From the NCBI RefSeq assembly GCF_009914755.1, contig NC_060948.1: a stretch of 64,000 nt of DNA; one strand, given 5' to 3'. The notes below the pieces were generated by a model. The model worked only from the letters and a program-made list of their open reading frames with translations. It made no database searches and was not told the origin of the DNA. Both the position numbers and the translations under genes were made by a program. This DNA comes from the human T2T-CHM13v2.0 reference genome, Homo sapiens. Below, one piece after another: positions 57,001 to 64,000 of the stretch. How positions within the stretch are numbered: position 1 is the first letter of the stretch; each line of letters begins with the position of its first letter.

Positions 57001-60000
57001 CAATGCAATCGACTGGCAGGGAATCAAAAGGAATGTAATCGAATGGATTGGACTGGAATGCAATGGACTCGAATAGATTGCAAACAGAATGCAAAGGAAT
57101 GGAATGGAATAGTATGGAATGGAATGGAAAGGAATGGAGTGGAAAGGAATGGAGTGGAATAGACTAGAGTGGAATGGAATGGACTGGAAAGCAATGGACT
57201 GGAATGGAACTTTCTTGAATGGACTGGAATCAAACGGAATGGAATGCAATGCAATCAAATGGCATGGAATAAAATAGAATGAAAGAGAATCAAATGGAAT
57301 TGAATCGAATGGAATCGAATGGATTGGAAAGGAATAGAATGGAATGGAATGGAATGGACTCAAATGGAATGGACTAGAATGGAATGGATTCGAATGGAAG
57401 GCAAAGGAATGGAATCTATTGGAATGGACTGTAATGGAATGGAATGGAAGGGATTGGAATGGACTCGAATGGAATGGACTGCAATAGAAAGGATTTGAAT
57501 GGAATGAAAAAGAATTGAATGGAATAGAACAGAATGGAATCAAATCGAATGAAATGGAATGGAATAGAAAGGAATGGAATGAAATGGAATGGAAAGGATT
57601 CGAATGGAATGCAATCGAATGGAATGGAATCGAACGGAATGGAATAAAATGGAAGAAAACTGGCAAGAAATGGAATCGAAATGAATGGAGTGTTATGGAA
57701 CGGACTCAAAAGGAATTGAATGTAATAGAATGGAGTGGAGTGGACTCGAATATAATGGACTGGAATGGAATGAAATCACATGGAATGGGAACGAATGGAA
57801 TGGAATGGAAAGGAATGGAATCGAATGGAAAGGAATCGAATGGAAGGGAATGAAATTGAATCAACAGGAATGGAAGGGAATAGAATAGACGGTAATGGAA
57901 TGGACTCGAATAGAATGGACACGAATGCTCAAATTGAATGGACTCGAATGGAATGGAAACGAAAGGAATGTCATCGAATGGAATTGAATCGATTGGAATG
58001 AAATCGCATAGAATGGAGTGGAATCAAATGGAATTGAATCGAAAGGAAAGGAAGCGAATGGACTGAAATGAAATGGAATGGAATTGAATGGAAAGTAATG
58101 CAATGGAATAGAATGGAACGAAATTTCACGGAATGGAATCAAACTGAATGGAATCAAATCAATGGAATCAAATCAAATGGAATGGAAAGGAATTGAATGG
58201 AGTAGATTGGATTGGATGGGATTGGAATGAAATGTACTGGAAAGGACTCGAATTTCATGAAACGGAATGGAATGAATTGGAACGGAATGGACTCGAATGG
58301 AATGGAATGTCATGGAATGGCATCAAATGGAATGGTATCAAATGGAATGGAATCGAATGCAATGGAATGCTATGGAATGGAATGGAATGCATTGGAATGG
58401 AATGTCCTCTAATGGAATGGATTCGAGTGGAATGGAATCGAATATAATGGAGTCGAATGAAATGGAATTGAAAGGAATGGGATCGAATACAATGGAATAT
58501 ACTGGAATGTAATGTAATGAACTCGAATGTAATTGACTGGAATGGAATGTACATGAATGGAATGTAATCGAATGGAAAGTAATCCAATGGAATAGAATCT
58601 AATGCAATAAAATCGACTCAGATAGAGTAGAATGTAATGGAATGGAGTGCAGTGCAATGGAATGGAATGGAATGGAATGCAATGGAATGGAATGGAATGG
58701 AATGGAATGGGATGGAATGGTATGGAATGGATAGTAATGGACTGGAGTGAAATGGACTGGAAAGGAATGGACTCAAATTGAAAGGGCTCGAAAGGAATGG
58801 AGTCAAATGGAATGGTCTGGAATGGAATGAACACGAATGTAATGCAATCCAATAGAATGGAATCGAATGGCATGGAATATAAAGAAATGGAATCGGAGAG
58901 AATGGAAACAAATGGAATGGAATTGAATGGAATGGAATTGAATGGAATGGGAACGAATGGAGTGAAATTGTATGCAGTAGAAGGGAATAGAATGGAATGC
59001 AAGCGAAAGGAAAGGAATGGATTGGAATGGAATGGAATTCATTGGAATGGAAGGGAATGTAGTGTAATGGACAGGCCTGGAATAAAGTGGAATGCTACGG
59101 TCTCGAATGGAATAAAAATGTATGGAATGGAATGCAATGAAATGGAATCGAATGTCATAGAATGTAATGGAATGCAAAAAATGGAATCCAAAATCATTGA
59201 CTGGAAAGGCTGGGTGTCGAAAGGAATTGACTCCAATGGAATGGAATCGAATGGAATGGAAGTGAATAGAATCGAACTAAATCGAATGGAATGGAATTGA
59301 TAGGAACGGAATGGAAAGGAATGCAATGATTTGGCATGGAATGGAATCGAATGGCATCGAATGGAATGGAATGGAATGCAATGGAATGGAATGTATTAGA
59401 ATGTAATGAACTTTAATGGAATGTACTCGAATGGATTCGACTGGAATGGAATGTTCTGGAAGTGAATGGACTCCAATGGAATGGATTCCAAAGGAATGGA
59501 ATCGTACGGAATGGAATCTAATGGAATGGAATTAAATGGAAATGAATCAAATTGAATAGCACGGAATTGAATTGAATGGAATGGAATGCAATGGAATCTA
59601 ATGAAACGGAAAGGAAAGGAATGGAATGGAATGGAATGGGCTGGAATGGAAAGGAATCGAAACGAATGGAATGGAATCGAACTGAAGAGACTGGAATGGA
59701 ATGCACTGGAATGGAAGGGAGTGTAATGGAAGGTTCTCGAAAAAAATGGAATCGAATGGAATGGAATTGAATGGAACGGAATAGAGTCGAATGGAATTGA
59801 ATGGAATGGAATGGACTAGAGTGAAATGGAATCGAACCACAAGGAATGGACAGGAATAGAATGGTCTCGAATTGAATGGAATCGTATGGAATGGCATCAA
59901 ACGGAATGGAATGGACAGCCACGGAATGGAATGCACTCGAATGCAATGGAGTCGAAACTAATGGACTGGAATAGAATGGACTCGACTGGTACGGACTCCA

Positions 60001-63000
60001 ATGCAATGGAATCGAATGGAAGGGAATCGAACGGAATGGACTCGAAGGGAAAAGACTGCAATGGAAAGGTCTCGAATGGAATGGAAATTAATGGAATGGA
60101 ATGGAATCGAATGAAATGGAGTCAAAAGGAATGGAATCGAATGGCAAGAAATCGAATGTAATGGAATCACAAGGAATTGATGTGAACGGAACGGAATGGA
60201 ATGGAATCCAAAGGAATGGAATAGAATGGAATGGAATCGAATGGAAAGGACTCGAATGGCAATCACTCGAATAGAATGCAATTTAATAAAATAGGATCAA
60301 ATGTAATGGAATGGAATGGAAAGGAATCGAAACGAAAGGAATGGAGACAGATGGAATGGAATGGAACAGAGAGCAATGGTATAGAATGGAACGGAATCAT
60401 CTGGAATGGAATTGAATGGAATGGAATAATATGAAATGGAATGGAATGGAATGGAATGGAATGCCCTTGAATTAAATGGACTGGAATGGAATGGACTCGA
60501 ACAGAGTGGAATGGAAAGTGTTGAGATAGAATGGAATGGACTCCTTTGGAATGGTCTAGTATGCAATGCAATCGACTGGCAGGGAATCAAAAGGAATGTA
60601 ATCGAATGGATTGGACTGGAATGCAATGGACTCGAATAGATTGGAAACGGAATGCAAAGGAATGGAATGGAATAGTATGGAATGGAATGGAAAGGAATGG
60701 AGTGGAATAGACTAGAGTGGAATGGAATGGACTGGAAAGCAATGGACTGGAATGGAACTTTCTTGAATGGACTGGAATCAAACGGAATGGAATGCAATGC
60801 AATCAAATGGCATGGAATAAAATAGAATGAAAGAGAATCAAATGGAATTGAATCGAATGGAATCGAATGGATTGGAAAGGAATAGAATGGAATGGAATGG
60901 AATTGACTCAAATGGAATGGACTAGAATGGAATGGATTCGAATGGAAGGCAAAGGAATGGAATCTATTGGAATGGACTGTAATGGAATGGAATGGAAGGG
61001 ATTGGAATGGACTCGAATGGAATGGACTGCAATAGAAAGGATTCGAATGGAATGAAAAAGAATTGAATGGAATAGAACAGAATGGAATCAAATCGAATGA
61101 AATGGAATGGAATAGAAAGGAATGGAATGAAATGGAATGGAAAGGATTCGAATGGAATGCAATCGAATGGAATGGAATCGAACGGAATGGAATAAAATGG
61201 AAGAAAACTGGCAAGAAATGGAATCGAAATGAATGGAGTGTTATGGAACGGACTCAAAAGGAATTGAATGTAATAGAATGGAGTGGAGTGGACTCGAATA
61301 TAATGGACTGGAATGGAATGAAATCACATGGAATGGGAACGAATGGAATGGAATGGAAAGGAATGGAATCGAATGGAAAGGAATCGAATGGAAGGGAATG
61401 AAATTGAATCAACAGGAATGGAAGGGAATAGAATAGACGGTAATGGAATGGACTCGAATAGAATGGACACGAATGCTCAAATTGAATGGACTCGAATGGA
61501 ATGGAAACGAAAGGAATGTCATCGAATGGAATTGAATCGATTGGAATGAAATCGCATAGAATGGAGTGGAATCAAATGGAATTGAATCGAAAGGAAAGGA
61601 AGCGAATGGACTGAAATGAAATGGAATGGAATTGAATGGAAAGTAATGCAATGGAATAGAATGGAACGAAATTTCACGGAATGGAATCAAACTGAATGGA
61701 ATCAAATCAATGGAATCTAATCAAATGGAATGGAAAGGAATTGAATGGAGTAGATTGGATTGGATGGGATTGGAATGAAATGTACTGGAAAGGACTCGAA
61801 TTTCATGAAACGGAATGGAATGAATTGGAACGGAACGGACTCGAATGGAATGGAATGTCATGGAATGGCATCAAATGGAATGGCATCAAATGGAATGGAA
61901 TCGAATGCAATGGAATGTTACGGAATGGAATGGAATGCATTGGAATGGAATGTCCTCTAATGGAATGGATTCGAGTGGAATGGAATCGAATATAATGGAG
62001 TCGAATGAAATGGAATTGAAAGGAATGGGATCGAATAGAATGGAATATACTGGAATGTAATGTAATGAACTCGAATGTAATTGACTGGAATGGAATGTAC
62101 ATGAATGGAAGGTAATCGAATGGAAAGTAATCCAATGGAATAGAATCTAATGCAATAAAATCGACTCAGATAGAGTAGAATGTAATGGAATGGAGTGCAG
62201 TGCAATGGAATGGAATGGAATTGAATGCAATGGAATGGAATGGAATGGAATGGAATGGAATGGAATGGAATGGAATGGGATGGAATGGTATGGAATGGAT
62301 AGTAATGGACTGGAGTGAAATGGACTGGAAAGGAATGGACTCAAATTGAAAGGGCTCGAAAGGAATGGAGTCAAATGGAATGGTCTGGAATGGAATGAAC
62401 ACGAATGTAATGCAATCCAATAGAATGGAATCGAATGGCATGGAATATAAAGAAATGGATTCGAAGAGAATGGAAACAAATGGAATGGAATTGAATGGAA
62501 TGGAATTGAATGGAATGGGAACGAATGGAGTGAAATTGTATGCAGTAGAAGGGAATAGAATGGAATGCAAGCGAAAGGAAAGGAATGGATTGGAATGGAA
62601 TGGAATTCATTGGAATGGAAGGGAATGTAGTGTAATGGACAGGCCTGGAATAAAGTGGAATGCTACGGTCTCGAATGGAATAAAAATGTATGGAATGGAA
62701 TACAAAGAAACGGAATCGAATGTCATAGAATGTAATGGAATGCAACAAAATGGAATCCAAAATCATTGACTGGAAAGGCTGGGTGTCGAAAGGAATTGAC
62801 TCCAATGGAATGGAATCGAATGGAATGGAAGTGAATAGAATCGAACTAAATCGAATGGAATGGAATTGATAGGAACGGAATGGAAAGGAATGCAATGATT
62901 TGGCATGGAATGGAATCGAATGGCATCGAATGGAATGGAATGGAATGCAATGGAATGGAATGTATTAGAATGTAATGAACTTTAATGGAATGTACTCGAA

Positions 63001-64000
63001 TGGATTCGACTGGAATGGAATGTTCTGGAAGTGAATGGACTCCAATGGAATGGATTCAAAAGGAATGGAATCGTACGGAATGGAATCTAATGGAATGGAA
63101 TTAAATGGAAATGAATCAAATTGAATAGCACGGAATTGAATTGAATGGAATGGAATGCAATGGAATCTAATGAAACGGAAAGGAAAGGAATGGAATGGAA
63201 TGGAATGGGCTGGAATGGAAAGGAATCGAAACGAATGGAATGGAATCGAACTGAAGAGACTGGAATGGAATGCAATGGAATGGAATGCACTGGAATGGAA
63301 GGGAGTGTAATGGAAGGTTCTCGAAAAAAATGGAATCGAATGGAATGGAATTGAATGGAACGGAATAGAGTCGAATGGAATTGAATGGAATGGAATGGAC
63401 TAGAGTGAAATGGAATCAAACCACAAGGAATGGAGAGGAATAGAATGGTCTCGAATTGAATGGAATCGTATGGAATGGCATCAAACGGAATGGAATGGAC
63501 AGCCAGGGAATGGAATGCACTCGAATGCAATGGAGTCGAAACTAATGGACTGGAATAGAATGGACTCGACTGGTACGGACTCCAATGCAATGGAATCGAA
63601 TGGAAGGGAATCGAACGGAATGGACTCGAAGGGAAAAGACTGCAATGGAAAGGTCTCGAATGGAATGGAAATTAATGGAATGGAATGGAATCGAATGAAA
63701 TGGAGTCAAAAGGAATGGAATCGAATGGCAAGAAATCGAATGTAATGGAATCGCAAGGAATTGATGTGAACGGAACGGAATGGAATGGAATCCAAAGGAA
63801 TGGAATAGAATGGAATGGAATCGAATGGAAAGGACTCGAATGGAAATCACTCGAATAGAATGCAATTTAATAAAATAGGATCAAATGTAATGGAATGGAA
63901 TGGAAAGGAATCGAAACGAAAGGAATGGAGACAGATGGAATGGAATAGAACAGAGAGCAATGGTATAGAATGGAATGGAATCATCTGGAATGGAATTGAA

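Larger units (their letters stand above)
2031..62602. repeat. DYZ1: 17 complete head-to-tail ~3.56 kb DYZ1 units (EcoRI to EcoRI), plus partial units at both window ends
   Basis: Conserved GAATTC (in GGAATTCATTG) at 2031, 5590, 9169, 12723, 16282, 19841, 23405, 26978, 30537, 34096, 37655, 41213, 44775, 48349, 51907, 55471, 59035 and 62603. Spacings are 3554-3579 bp. The ORF track repeats with the same period (e.g. MESNQWN.. at 1160, 4698, 8252, 11831 ... 61696). Confidence 0.95.
1..64000. repeat. DYZ1: Human satellite III (HSat3) tandem array of diverged (GGAAT)n/(ATTCC)n pentamers; DYZ1-type Yq12 heterochromatin
   Basis: Seen: GGAAT and near variants (CGAAT, GCAAT, GGACT, TGAAT, CAAAT, AGAAT) run continuously end to end, with the purine-rich strand always on +, no inversion and no non-satellite insert. 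Landmark motifs (e.g. GGACAGGCCTGG, GAAAGGCTGGGTGTCG, GCCCTTGAATTAAAT, GACTCAGATAGAGTAG) recur every ~3.56 kb. Established knowledge: DYZ1 is a ~3.56 kb HSat3 unit released by HaeIII/EcoRI. The Y assignment rests on unit size and site pattern, not on a search. Confidence 0.95.

Noticed and set aside
1-64000. All other ORFs in the track (MEWNG- and FHSIP-type peptides)
   Set aside because: They are translations of a 5-bp repeat, overlap in all six frames and recur at the satellite period. Nothing in the sequence supports translation. Poly-WNGME translation is known for disease (TGGAA)n expansions but cannot be inferred here.
1-64000. CRISPR-like or other repeat-spacer system; prokaryotic operon
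   Set aside because: There are no unique spacers, no constant 25-45 bp direct repeat and no cas-like or other genes. All the sequence is pentamer-derived.
1-64000. Embedded Alu/L1/DYZ2 (HSat1B) segment, inversion or junction
   Set aside because: I read through the window and saw no AT-rich DYZ2 block, no Alu or poly(A) tail and no switch to the ATTCC strand.
1-64000. HSat2 (HSATII) assignment
   Set aside because: It lacks the HSat2-type recurring GAATCATCATCGAATG/CATTCGATGATG pattern. The long GGAAT runs and the 3.56 kb unit fit HSat3/DYZ1.

Overview
The whole 64 kb is one uninterrupted, single-orientation array of human satellite III (HSat3): diverged (GGAAT)n pentamers organised into a ~3.56 kb unit present about 18 times. 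The unit length (3554-3579 bp), one EcoRI and usually one HaeIII site per unit, and fixed single-base phase slips match DYZ1, the Y-chromosome Yq12 heterochromatin repeat. This identification is from recall; no database search was run. I find no supportable protein-coding gene, RNA gene, mobile element or CRISPR array, and no new gene system. All ORFs in the track are explained by the 5-bp period (MEWNG/FHSIP pentapeptides). Four kinds of internal structure are worth a look: (1) three perfect, in-phase heat-shock elements (GAAnnTTCnnGAA) per unit, about 50 intact in the window; (2) nested duplications or conversions at 1-, 2-, 3- and 5-unit spacing, revealed by shared private variants; (3) one hypervariable pure (GGAAT)n tract per unit; (4) allele gradients along the array. 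Positions and counts were read by eye and with ORF-track offsets, so they need confirming by alignment.
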